A stretch of DNA of 62,460 nucleotides, filler included, from Dugesia japonica (Eukaryota), in assembly GCA_001938525.1 (NCBI GenBank). It is 6 parts of 6 records of this genome, joined end to end, with 100 filler letters (N's around TTAATTAATTAA, not from the genome) between each part and the next. Parts side by side here need not be neighbours in the genome. Positions count along the whole stretch, not along the records: positions 18,762 to 27,097 come from MQRL01614531.1; positions 27,198 to 41,386 come from MQRL01621029.1; 4 more parts are not named here. One strand, given 5' to 3'. Of the stretch, positions 26,399 through 39,300 are shown in pieces. A program made the position numbers and the translations under genes. The stretch's first letter is position 1; each line of letters starts with the position of its first letter. Under the pieces are notes generated by a model. It made no database searches. It was not told the DNA's origin and saw only the letters and a program-made list of their open reading frames with translations.

Positions 26399-27097
26399 GT
26401 ATGTATGTGTAAACCGGTTAGTATTTTTGGAAACATATAATGACGGAGTAATTATTAACCATTGACTACTTTATTTGTCGAACCAGATTACACTAAAATT
26501 CTTCTATAAATTATTTAAATTCTTGTCAATTTTCTTTATGATTTAATTTTTGAAACTTTTATTTTAAGTGACAATATTCTAATTTGAAATATAAAATTTC
26601 TGGAATTATCCTTTAAATTTAACTTTAAAATTTATTTCTACAAATAATAGAATTATTTATTAATTCTTAATATTAAATTTAACCGAAATTTAAAGTAAGT
26701 TTTTATATTATTTGTATAATTTTTGTATAATTTGTATAAAACACAAGACTATTATTATTAAAAATTATTATTATTATTATTATTAATATTATTATTTATT
26801 ATCTTTTATTATTATTATGTTTATTTGTAATATTTGTTTATTTTTGAGAAAATTTTGAAAAAAACCGTATATTAATTAAGTTGAGATTATTAAGAACGCT
26901 TTGCTGTTAAAATTGTTTTTATTAATTAACTGAAAATACTATCCAAAAATATCTTATTCTAACTTTTTTCGAATTTAGTCGTTGTCAAAAAGTGTTTTTT
27001 AATTTTTGTAATATTTCTTCTAATATTAGTCACAATAATTACTTTATGATTCTGAAATTAATATTATTAGTGAATATTATATATTATATATTAATAT

Positions 27098-27197
27098 NNN
27101 NNNNNNNNNNNNNNNNNNNNNNNNNNNNNNNNNNNNNNNNNTTAATTAATTAANNNNNNNNNNNNNNNNNNNNNNNNNNNNNNNNNNNNNNNNNNNN
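27098..27197. other. artificial scaffold linker
   Basis: 44N-TTAATTAATTAA-44N. Confidence 0.95.
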
Positions 27198-27895
27198 CAT
27201 AAAAATCAAAACTATATTTTCAAAGTTATTTCCCCATTAAAATTTGATTTTCTAATAACAGTAAACGGAAATACCAATAACTGGTAATTAGAACACAATT
27301 TACCAAGAAACGATTACATTAATATGTTCCCATAATGATATCAATATTCATTCCTAGAAAAATTGCCATAATTGATGTTTCTATGGGTACTTTCAAAAAG
27401 GGTTCAAATAATACAAATGTCTTATTTTTTGAAAACATGATGGCAAAAATAATATTATTAGAATAAACTGAAAAATACAATGGTTGGCGTCCTCCTCGAT
27501 AAAGATTTGTTGAACCCAAAGAGTTCTACAGCCACTTCCCTTAATCGAATCTTTAATTGTATTCCTCACTTATGTTCCCTNGCCGCTCTTGGTGAGAGTC
27601 CTCTTATGACTTCTGATTCTAACTGAAGATCAAGTCAAAATATATCATCTATGATTTCTGGTACCATAGTTTATCATTTCTTTAAAACCTTTTGTTTCTT
27701 TCATGCAAATGTTGAATGGACATTTAATGGTAGACATTTTTGATATTGCTTTCCTAGTTTCTCTGAAACATTTTGAAATTTTCACTCTCTTTTCACATTC
27801 ACTTTTAAATTTATTTTAATCTTATTTTATTGGATTGATTGCGTAACAAGTTTAATTGGTCAGTATATAAACAATTTCTTTCTTATTTCACAACA

Positions 27896-27937
27896 GTAAC
27901 TTATGATGGACCTAGTTTTGTCCGAAACATGTATTAC
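27896..27937 (+). ncRNA. minimal type I hammerhead ribozyme (one core substitution, G5U)
   Basis: GTAA-CTTATGA-T-GGAC-ctagtttt-GTCC-GAAA-CATG-TA-TTAC: stem I gtaa/ttac, stem II ggac/gtcc, palindromic stem III ACATGT, GUA cleavage triplet; TATATAAA upstream and AATAAA downstream. Confidence 0.7.
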
Positions 27938-28230
27938 AAATAAAAGTTTTAAAAAATTGCGTTTTTTTATTTTATTTAGATCAAAGCAATTTGTTCAATA
28001 TTTTTTTGAAGATAATTTATATATATATAGATGCTTACTTTTTGCTTTATTATTTCTTTCATTTCTTTCAATCTGTCTTTGATATTCCTTTCTTCTTTCT
28101 CAACACTTTTTCCAATTATTTTTTTGATTAGTTTTTATCTTCTTTAAATTTTTCACCCCACCACTATGTATGTCTTCCGTTGATTTTAGTACCGTTTTTC
28201 ATTTCATCTAAAATACTATATTAATTTCAA

Positions 28231-28846
28231 AATTACAATTATTATGAGAACATTTGTTGCATTTAACCATTGATCGTATTTGAAATTTTTTTAAATTTAA
28301 GGCTTCAATCAAAATGTAGTTTTTTTTTCATATTTTTTTAGTTGTTTTTAGTATTTCGAATTTTTTTACTTTTGTTTTTAACGGGAAATAACGTTTTTCT
28401 CTAAACTTTTCTTCTTTTAATTGTAAAAAAGTTAATTCCTGAAGAAGATAAAAGTTGAAACTTCGAAATACTACCAACAATTTAAAAATGTTTTAACAAA
28501 AAACAACATTTTTCATCAAAAGCTTTTAATTTAATAAAATCGTTAACACTAAAATTTAAACAAAAATATTAAACAACTGAATATTTAGATTAAAACTTTT
28601 GGAAAGGCATATAAAGAAAAGAAGCAAAAAGATGTTTAATTGGACGTTTTTAAATTACAAATAAGCCACAGTTTTACAATTACAATTATTGTAAGAATAA
28701 TTGTTGGACTTAACTATTGATCGTGTTGGAGATTTCATTAAATTATTTTCATTGGTTCTTGATAGTAGCTCTTGAAATACTATCAAGAACTAAAAAATGA
28801 ATGTAAAAAAGAAAAACAATATTTTGATCGATGCTTTTAATTTGAT
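28231..28846. repeat. compound Penelope-type pseudo-LTR repeat with direct and inverted subcopies
   Basis: ttacaattattgtgagaat..cattgatcg unit at ~28233 and ~28680; inverted subcopy 28330-28392; ttcCTGAAGAaga..aagt-tgaa-actt-cGAAA at ~28437; hairpin gttcttgatagta/tactatcaagaac ~28756-28790. Confidence 0.6.
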
Positions 28847-30129
28847 NNNNNNNNNNNNNNNNNNNNNNNNNNNNNNNNNNNNNNNNNNNNNNNNNNNNNN
28901 NNNNNNNNNNTTATGAGTTGTTCTCATAAACCATATTCTTCACTATGCCTGGGTGTGAAATAATCGATAAAGAATTGTTTTAATTGATTTTTTTCATTGC
29001 AATTCGACATAATGTATTAAAGTGTGTATACCTTGAATATATCAGGATAATATTTAAAAAAATTCTTTGTTAAATACTTTTCCTTATTTATTCTGACACT
29101 ATGATCATGTTTTAGTAACAATAGATCGATGAAATTTTAATTTTAGTTATATAATATTTAAAAAGGATTGTAGATATAATATTTCTCTAATTATTCATTT
29201 ATTATTTTGATATTTATTTTAGAAAATATTTATTATATTTTATTATTTTTCCTTTATAATTTTCATTTATAAAATTTAAAGAATTTCTTGAAAAATTCAT
29301 TTCTATTTTTTTATTTGCTTTGAATTTCCTAAGAAAAAATATAAATAAATAAAAGTAAGCATCTGGAAAAATAAAAATCCAATTATTTATTTCTCATTNA
29401 TAACCCACTCAGGCCATACTGATATTTAATGGAAATTTTACTAGCAAATATGGGTTTTATTTCTGAAAAACTTGCAGTTGTTTATTGTTTTAAATTAGAT
29501 CATTTTAGTTTTTATTTTTTTATATTTTTTTCTATTTATATTTACATAATTTTTGCAGATTTTGATTTTCTTTTTTTTCATGATATTTTGATTGGGAAAT
29601 ATTTGTAAAATCATATTTTATAATTTACAAATATTTGATATTTTTTCGNNNNNNNNNNNNNNNNNNNNNNNNNNNNNNNNNNNNNTTCAAACACGATTTG
29701 AATAGAAATAAAAACATTTTTTCATTAATCAAAATCTTTGAAATCACCAAAGTTTTATTCATATTTAATATCTTTATAAATTTGAATTGCAAATTCTAAA
29801 ATCAATAAATAAATCAATGAAAATGTAGTGACAATCGGGATAAATCAAATATTATTCTTTATTATTAATTCTAATTTATTGATATATTAGAAATGGAACA
29901 ATTAGAAAATCTGATATAAATATTTCAGAACATATTTATTATATTTTATTATTTTTCATTTATAAGATTTAAAGAATTTCTTGAAAAATTCATTTCTATG
30001 TTTTTATTTGCTTTGAGTTTACTAAAAAAATATAAATAAATAAATGTAAGAATCTAGAAAAATAAAAATCCAATTATTTATTTCTCATTTATAACCCACT
30101 CAGACCATACTGATATTTAGAGAATTGAA

Positions 30130-31100
30130 AATTATAAAAACAAGTAAAAATNGAGATCTGGTGAATATGGTGGATGGCACATGATCTCACACCCAAGTTG
30201 CAGTATCTTGTCAATAGTATTTTGGCCACGTGCGGTCGAACATTGTCTTGAAGAAATAGAACTTTCTTTCTGTTTACTAATGCAGGCTGTTTTTCCAACA
30301 ATGTTTTCATGAACTCTTTCTAATTGAGCATAATAGATCTCGGTAGTTATTGTTTTTTCATTATTAGAAACTCGTGATGAATGATTCCTTCACAAGTCTA
30401 CTAAACACATAGTAAAAGCTTTTTCCAGTGTAGCCCAGGTTTTGGATCTTGGAGCAAGAAATCCTTAGGAAAAAACCAATGATGTTTTTTCTTAGGATTT
30501 GAATACATTCTCTACTTTTCTACTTTTCTAAATTGCTATATTTTTAGCTGACTAAAATGAGAATTGAATATTGTCAGTTGTTGGAATCTATTCTTAATAT
30601 CAAGTCATGTGAAACCCATTTGTTTAATTTCCATCTTAATGTTATTTCGTTGACATTAAATGTCAAATCAAGTTCCTGACATATCATACTTAAATCTCTG
30701 TCGATTGTATTTATTCAATTTATTATTGCTCATGGAAGATGATCTTCCAGATCTGGGTTCTAGAATCGCATTACCTGAAATAAACTCTTGGAACTAATTA
30801 CAATTCGTTCTTTCCCTTACTGCATCCTCTCCAAATTCAAAACAAATCTTTTGACAGGCTTCTGTCGCATTAGACTCAAGCTTAAACTTATATAATAAGC
30901 AAGAGCGAATAATTGATTTTCTTTCCATCATTTGAACTAAAAAAATTTAAAATATGAAATTATAATATTTTAAATATAAAAATACATAATTGAATTAAAG
31001 TAATCTAGTCAAACAAATTGTTTTCTTATGGGAAAAGCAATAAATTATTTGGTGAAATGTAAATTGGAAAAATCAGTAAAACTTATTTAAAACTCTAATA
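30130..31100 (-). mobile_element. mariner transposase pseudogene
   Basis: ATG ~30931 MMERKSIIRSCLLYKFKLESNATEACQKICFEFGEDAV..., WVSHDL, KPGLH.KK.LLCV, FLQDNVRPHVAK, HPPYSPDL; many stops and indels. Confidence 0.9.
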
Positions 31101-31234
31101 CTCTCACATTGAATTAAAAAAAGCTGAGTTAAGTAATGTGTTAATGGATATTTTGATTAATTGATAATTTGCATGGTTTTATGTATAAAATTCAACGATT
31201 TAAAAGGAATTATAAACAACAGATTTTTTGTGTA

Positions 31235-31425
31235 TATTGGCAAAAATGGTAATCGAACAAAACATCCACTAGTGCAAAACTAGGACAATACGACTCTGGA
31301 GTTGAATATTTTTAAAATTTTTATGACAGGGTTGAAATATTTATAAAATATTCAACTCCGGGAACTTTTTATCTTAGTTTTGCACTCATAGACTTTTTGT
31401 CCGCGGACTATTTATCCTACACCCG
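31235..31425. mobile_element. MITE with long imperfect inverted repeats
   Basis: agtgcaaaactaggacaa..ggagttgaatatttt pairs with aaaatattcaactcc..tcttagttttgcact; related aaaactaggacaata motif at ~18107. Confidence 0.65.
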
Positions 31426-31540
31426 GTGAATATACTTATTTTAAAAAGACCAAATTAATGAAAATTTGTTTGAATGGATAATAATAATTTGAAAATTAAT
31501 AATTCTAGCAATATTAATATATATTATCGTTTCTTTTCAG

Positions 31541-31619
31541 AAATTTTTCACAGTATTTTCTTATAATGGATCTATTCAAAATTTGCTATGGTTTGATGAC
31601 TGAAACAGATTATCAACAG
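31541..31619 (+). CDS. candidate exon
   Basis: Strong ttcttttcag acceptor and CAG|gtaatt donor; NFSQYFLIMDLFKICYGLMTETDYQQ open (ATG at 31566). Confidence 0.4.
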
Positions 31620-31787
31620 GTAATTTTACCATTTATCAATTATCATATTTTACACAACAAGCATCAATACAATCCGGAATTTAAATTTCGCTATTTTTGA
31701 CAGTATTTAAATTCACTGTACTTTTTTTATCATTTTAACGCCGATTTATATTTTATATTTGATAAATAAATTGAAGCTAAATATTTA

Positions 31788-32140
31788 TTAGGGGTATGCA
31801 TAAGTTCACATCGCTGATGTATATGTTGAATTTAAGTAATATTAATAATAATATAACATCTAAAAATTTGTATTTTGTTTAAGTTTACACAAATCATTTG
31901 CAGAAATTATAATGGAAGTAGATAAAATACATATACGCCACTACATGTTGTTTCTGTTTAATCAGAGGAAAACATCAGCTGAAACAACTCGGATCATTCG
32001 CAATACATATAGTGATGGAGCATAGTTTAATAGCCGAGAGCTCATGGAAAATATTTTTGATTGAATATACTGGGTTATTTGTAATAATATTAATAAAATT
32101 TATTCGTCTTAAAACGATTTGAACTTATACATACCCCTAA
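31788..32140 (+). mobile_element. internally deleted mariner (MITE), 353 bp
   Basis: 26-bp TIRs TTAGGGGTATG(C/T)ATAAGTTCA(C/A)ATCG with 2 mismatches, TA on both flanks; internal MEVDKIHIRHYMLFLFNQRKTSAETTRIIRNTYSDGA*. Confidence 0.92.
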
Positions 32141-33326
32141 TATTATGAAGACAGTATATGATTCAAAAACAGAGCTCTAAAATAAGGACGCGAGATCCAA
32201 AATATTTACTTGTGCAATATAAGTACTAATGCACAAAATAATTGAAACTTTAACACAAATATACATTGAAAGTCTTTTCATTATTNTGAGTATGTTTTGA
32301 AAAGCGAGTTGAAATTTTTGTGCTTTGATTGGAAACTGTTTCTTTAAAAAGTTTTTTAAAAAATTAAAAATCACAAATTAATTAAGAAGTTAAAAAAATT
32401 ATTTTGAATGGAAGTTTTATCTAAAATTTTGCAATTGTTCTNNNNNNNNNNNNNNNNNNNNNNNNNNNNNNNNNNNNNNNNNNNNNNNNNNGAAATTATT
32501 TTTTTAAAACGATCTTCAAATTAGTTTTGAATGAAATCTGAAATTTTTAATCTATTAAAAAATAGTTTTCAATTAGAGCAGGAAGTTTTAATTTGTTTGA
32601 ATAAACAAATAATTATGATATAGATTTTAAAGGAAATAAATTTTACTATGGAGTTGAACTTTGATGTTGATGATCCGATGAGTACTCAAAANTCATCTAA
32701 CAATTATTAAACCTGTAAAAGTTAGAAGAAAAAAATGTCAAGAAAGAGTGAGAATGAGTAAAATTTTTACACTTTGCTTCAAGCGTCGAAAAAAGTACGT
32801 AATTAGGCTTGATTTGAAACATTTCAATTTGCTTAGAACAAATTTTGGTAACTAAACAAATAGCATTTTTNNNNNNNNNNNNNNNNNNNNNNNNNNNNNN
32901 NNNNNNNNNNNNNNNNNNNNNNNNNNNNNNNNNNNNNNNNNNNNNNNNNNNNNNNNNNNNNNNNNNNNNNNNNNNNNNNNNNNNNNATTTTCACTATTTA
33001 TATTTAAGGCTAAAACGTTTTTCTCAAATAAAGAACTCGGATTTGGTGACAGAAGCGCTAAACAAGCACTTGAAATTATAAAAAGCAACATATTTTGGAA
33101 TAAAATCAATGCAGACCCTTTGAAAAATTGGTTAAATCAATATTTCAAAACCAATCAAACGAAAAAAAATTAAAATGTTACAAAACTTTAGAAATTATGA
33201 TATTTCTTATATTTCTACTGGCTTTGATTTGTTTAAATTGCTCTTTATTTAAGGTATTCTTTTATTGGAGAATATTTACAGAAATCTTATACACAATAAG
33301 TTATTTTTATTATAATAATAATAATA

Positions 33327-33374
<48 letters not shown>

Positions 33375-35639
33375 NNNNNNNNNNNNNNNNNNNNNNNNNN
33401 NNNNNNNNNNNNNNNNNNNNNNNNNNNNNNNNNNNNNNNNNNNNNNNNNNNNNNNNNNNNNNNNNNNNNNNNNNNNNNNNNNNNNNNNNNNNNNNNNNNN
33501 NNNNNNNNNNNNNNNNNNNNNNNNNNNNNNNNNNNNNNNNNTTGAAATTTGTATTTGACTTTTATTTGCAACGATTTATTCTTGATTTATGAAAGTATTA
33601 ATGATGAATGAAAATTATAATTTGTTTAGTTTGTTTTATTGAATTTGGTTTTTGTTGATTGGATATAATTATGTATGTAATATGAAACAGATTGTAGAAA
33701 ACTGTTNNNNNNNNNNNNNNNNNNNNNNNNNNNNNNNNNNNNNNNNNNNNNNNNNNNNNNNNAGACTTCAAGTTTATTATTTTATTTATTATTGATTTCA
33801 GTGAAACCAGAGATTAAATATTTTCATTGAAATTTATTTTGATAAACAAATCATCAAAAAAAATTAATTTAAAAATTATTATTTAATATAGAATACTCGA
33901 ATGCTCGAGTACCCTACATTTTGTCAAGTATTTAATAGCTCCTGACTTCTTAAAAAAATTTTCATTAGAAAGGTCTACTAAATTTAAAAACTATTTTCTT
34001 GTCGAATTTAAATTTCTTACACGTGACTACACTAATGAACTTATTTCCGATGCTTTAATATTTGAAACAATTAAATAAAGTTTAAATATTCATTTTCATT
34101 TTACTTCTCGTGCGTAATGCGCACGTAATCAATGTTTTTTTTCATCTAAATTAAACAATTGGCAATTATTTAATATTTCATTTAGTTATTTATTATTCAT
34201 TTTATCATACTGAGTAAAAGAGAATCCGAAAATTGGAATTATTTTCAGAAATCCAAAGAAAATTAGACTAAGTGCAATGATATTCGAACAGTTTTAAATT
34301 TTAAAGGAAACAGAAGTTTAGAATTAATTAATCCTTTCGAAATTTCATAATTTGCATTTTATAAAATAAGAACCTGAAATATCTATAAATATTTATAAAT
34401 TTTTTCTTGGATTATTAGGTTTTCAGATTANNNNNNNNNNNNNNNNNNNNNNNNNNNNNNNNNNNNNNNNNNNNNNNNNNNNNNNNNNNNNNNNNNNNNN
34501 NNNNNNNNNNNNNNNNNNNNNNNNNNNNNNNNNNNNNNNNNATGAATCTGAATTTAATTTTATTATTATAGCTTATATTAAAAAACCAAAATTTTTTCTT
34601 TTAAGTTTTTAATTTTTACATAAAAGAACGAAATTGGATATTATTATTAAATAAAAAAAATAAAAATTCATGCCTTTGATTTCCTGAAGGGGGAAAAGAG
34701 AAAATAAACTTTATGTTTTGCTTGCAGAAAAAATCAACCAAATAGGAGTAAAATTTCATAGTTTTAGTTGTAACTTTAAAAATTATAATTGAGCCACAAA
34801 AACTTGGCAAAGAGCCACACTTTGTCCATGGCTGATAAATAGAAAAACATTAACATCTAAAATAATGAAAGAATTTTATTCATTTTCTATTAAAGGCTTT
34901 TTGAATTATCTGAAATTTTAGCAATATGTGCACTCAAACAAGAATACATGACAATTCGTAATTTTATCATGCAAAAACATCGATTTTCGTAGAAAAGTAT
35001 AGAAATTATACGGAATTAATACAACTATTGAATTTGAAAATATAAACTTAATATTACTGTTGTTGAGTAAAGAGATATTTTAGTGACCTCATTTAATTGT
35101 TCCAATTGGAAAATATATAGTGATGAAAAACACTAATATTGTTAGTAGAGAGCTTTCAAGATATTCTTATGTAAAATTAGAAATAGATATTGTCTAATTG
35201 ACAAAATATAATGCCAATTTAAATAACAAATAAATGTGAAATAATACCACAATTATGCAATTCACATCACTGTCCTAAAAATTCTATACTATTCTATTCT
35301 ATATGATGTAGATGAGGATGAGGCTTAATATGAGGAAAATTATTTGGATGACAACAATAATATCGTTGAAGAAGAAGAACTGCCTGATGATGGAAATGTA
35401 TTTGAAAAAAATCGTAATTCTTTCCTCGTATTAAATTGGTATTAATTGGAGAAATTAATTAAGTTCAGTTATTACTGACATTTTATTGAAGCATGCACAA
35501 CAAAAGAAGAACATTTTAAGACTAATATTAGATTTGTAAATTTTTAAAATCTATTGACAACTGCATTAAATAGAAATTTTAANATAATTTATTGTATAAA
35601 TAATGCATAAGAAAAGAGTTTTCCAACTTGTGTGGCTTG

Positions 35640-36215
35640 ACTTCAATAGAGAGTGGGGCTTTTTCAAGGGGTGCGCGAAGCTTTTTAAAAACATTTTCAC
35701 TATTGTACCAGAATTAATTATTATGAATCGAATATTTAACATTTTAATAATAAATTTGTTTTATTTAAATATGTTATTATAAATCCCCACTAGCTAATAA
35801 TTTAATAAATAGATTTCACAATAACTGCTTTTGTGTGTTTTAATGGTATATGACATTGTGAGTTATAAAAGTAACATCCCTTTTAAATGGAACGAAAAAC
35901 ATTTATTTGAAGTAGAAGAAACTGATTTAAATAATAGGGATATTGATATTGTAAATAAAACTATACCAAATGAGATTTCTTAATCTAGAAAATATTATCC
36001 GCAATATTTATCACTCAGATTTGCATGGTAACTTATAAATTAGGAACAACGGCCAATAGGTTTATTGTGTACGAAAGTTTTAGCTTAGGGTGATATGAAA
36101 CCTGGTAAACTAAGACGATATCTTGGAACAATACATACAGTGTATAAAAAAGAATAAAAACGAATGATTCAATTTTAAAATATTTACAATTTTTTAAAAA
36201 ATGTTTTTGAAAAAA
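35640..36215 (+). mobile_element. Buster/ZBED5-like hAT 5' fragment
   Basis: RKYYPQYLSLRFAW...EQRPIGLLCTKVLA*GDMKPGKLRRYLGTIH, a degenerate BED finger. Confidence 0.65.
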
Positions 36216-36347
36216 NNNNNNNNNNNNNNNNNNNNNNNNNNNNNNNNNNNNNNNNNNNNNAATATTAACCAATAAAATTGATTAAAATAATTTTTATTTG
36301 GAATATTTCATTTTTTGAAATTATCTTCGAATCTTATTCATAAGAAA

Positions 36348-39300
36348 ATGTCTGTAATGAATAGTTGTGATAAGGAAAATAAATTGTCTTTGGATTATTT
36401 TCCTAATATGGTGGCATCGGTAAATACTGATACCATTACAAAAACTTTATTATCGATGATGTTTTATAAAGGTGATGACATCAAATAATTCTTAAAGCGT
36501 TGTGAATTATATTTTGATGCAAAATGCCTTACCTAAAAGAAACAACGGGAAAAATTAATACCTTGCTTGTTAGACAATGATTATCTGGAAGAATATGCAA
36601 AGACAGTAAAAAAGGTGAACGGATTTCAGGCTCGTTTACTGTTGACATGCAAACAATAAAAGATGTCATCAATGTTTGCAAAATTTGATTAATCACAAAT
36701 GTAGTAAAGAAGAGATTAATCTCTTTCTAAAAAATGTAGACGATTTAGTTAAAAAGAAAGAGTATATAGAGGAAAAAATTTAGTATTTTGTGCAGATGAT
36801 AAAACATTGAAATAGGAAGGACTTTGTGAAACAAGATAATATAGAAACGATTAAAGAAATATTAAAGTTAGTAGATAAATAGAAAAAGAAAAGATTGAGT
36901 AAATGAGGTTAGNAGTTACGTTAGAATTGCAATTTTTGATTATCGCTGACCCGTAAAAAATATTGTGAGTAGGCAAGTAAATCAAAGGAATGAAAACCGT
37001 AAGTTCGAATGTTGAGTATGTAATATGGTTTGTCATACTAAAGAAAATTATCCAACTAAATAAATGATAGAATAGTGAACTTATCACAAGAAGGATATTT
37101 AAGTCGAGTTTGTCAAGAGAAGAAGCCAATAAAATGTTTTGGTTTTGGAAAAGTGGNNNNNNNNNNNNNNNNNNNNNNNNNNNNNNNNNNNAAGAGATGA
37201 ATAAATGGTGAAAATAGAGCAGATGAATGCTATACAAATTTGAATATGAAAAGAAAAACAGAGAAATGAGTGATTGCTAAAGGTCATTAAAACTTTATAA
37301 TCGAATATATGCGATTGAAGATGAAAAAATAAATAAAAACTATGTATATGAAGAATAAAATGAAAATAATTTCAGAATACAGTATCCAAATGACAGAGTT
37401 TTGCTTCTAAATAAGTTGCTAAAAACAATCCATTGACACCTAAATTGATTTATTGTTCTAAAGGGTTTGGAAAGTCGAAGAGAAAGTGTATATATTTTTA
37501 AATGAGATAAATTTTATGGATCACAGAAAAACAGAGAGCATTAGGATGATAAAAGAGAAGCAGAAAACAAATATGTTTATTACAAATTCGAAAAGAGACA
37601 ACGTATCATGGTATCAATTCAAGAGAATAAGTTCAAGTGTCAATTATATACTGGGGCGCCAATTAATGTTATTAAATAACGTTAGTTTATTAAATTAAGA
37701 AAAGGGCACGTGTAAATTAGCGATAAAAGACTGAGGTGTGATAATGATAGTATTCTCAAATGTTTGTTAAAGTAAGAACAGAAGTGGCGATTGGGATGTT
37801 TGAAAAGTTGCAAATTTCTTAGTAGAAAAAGTGACACCAGGACTGAAGGTAGTATGGATTTGCTAAAGACATTTGGATACAACTTATACAAAGTAAAGAT
37901 AATATCACTGGGGAACATATTGGAATCTTCATTTGTAATATTGAAACAAAATTTACAAAACAAATCAAAAATAAGTGAATGGTTTTCAATGGACATAAAT
38001 AATCTTAAGATTAAAAATGATNAATGGTTAATGCAAATATTTTGGAATAAAGAAGATATTTTATGGTAAACAAATTTGATGCAGGACGCACATATTTAGC
38101 AAAACACAAAATAGTTACAATTGGTGAACCGATCAATGTAAACCCATATTGGTAATAAATGAACTAAGAAACTAAATTTGAAAAAACTATTCAAAATCTA
38201 TGTGGAAATATTATTATTCAGAAATGCAACTCTCCATAGAATACTTTATTGATTTGTTCTTTAAGAAACGAAAAACCGACATCAAAATATGCCTAGACTT
38301 TAGACAGTTGAATACACTAAAAAACAAGTCCCTCAGATGCCTTACATAGATGAAATGATGGACAAGTTAGATGGATCTCAATATTTTAGCTCAATTGAAT
38401 TGAAAAATACATACTATTAGATAGAACTTAAAAATCATGTGTTTTCAACAAAGCATAGACAATACTGTTTTATTAAAATGCCATTTGGACTTGGGTCAAC
38501 ATTATGTACATTCAGAAGATGGTGACAAAAATTGCAAACGGTATTAAAGAATCATTGGTATATTTAGATGACATACTGATATTTTGAACAATACAAATCA
38601 ACGCTATAAAGATAATGTCAGGGTAATAACAGGAATAATGAAGGCTAGTTTAAAAATTAACCTCGGAAAGTTTCATTTTATTCAAAGCGAAATCAAACTT
38701 CTTGGGAATATGATTAATGATCATGATGTTTGATGAAATAAAAGCGATAAGAGCGTTTGGCAAAACTAACTGTCTCGAGAAGTTACGAGGTTTCTTAGGA
38801 ATTTGTAATTATTAATACTTAGAAAGTTTACGGAAAAATACGCAAAAAAAGCAAAAATCTTAGAACAGTTGTTTAATGAACCAAGTAAAAAGAACTTAGA
38901 GTAAATAAGCAATACCTTCAAATCCTTGAAGAAAATCTTTATGACTGCACCCAAATTGTGTTTTNCAAACATAAATAGAGTGTTTAATTTAAATACATGC
39001 GTCAGTTTTGGTACAATTGGAACAGTTTTGCCACGAGAAAAAGAGAAGGAAAAGAAATGGTTTTTGAATATGGCTTACATTCAGTAATGTGTCATAAAAA
39101 AGGATACTGCATTACATGAAAAGAGTTATTAGCTGTTTAATATTTCTGCATGCATTTTAAACATTAATTCTACAGTAGAAGATGTTTTCTTAAAACATAC
39201 CATAAAGCTCTTACCTTNATGATAGAGACAAAGAAATCGATCACGTCACAATGCCAGATATGGACTAATTATCTTAGTAGATTAGGCATGGTATTACAAT

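Noticed and set aside
29140-30125. Direct ~250-bp repeats as LTR pair
   Set aside because: No TG/CA ends, PBS or PPT; gap in between
33128-33592. Poly-Y/poly-I ORFs (also 48289-48611, 19020-19269)
   Set aside because: Products of ATT microsatellites and N runs
34109-34126. Helitron 3' hairpin (cgtgcgtaatgcgcacg)
   Set aside because: No CTAG terminus follows
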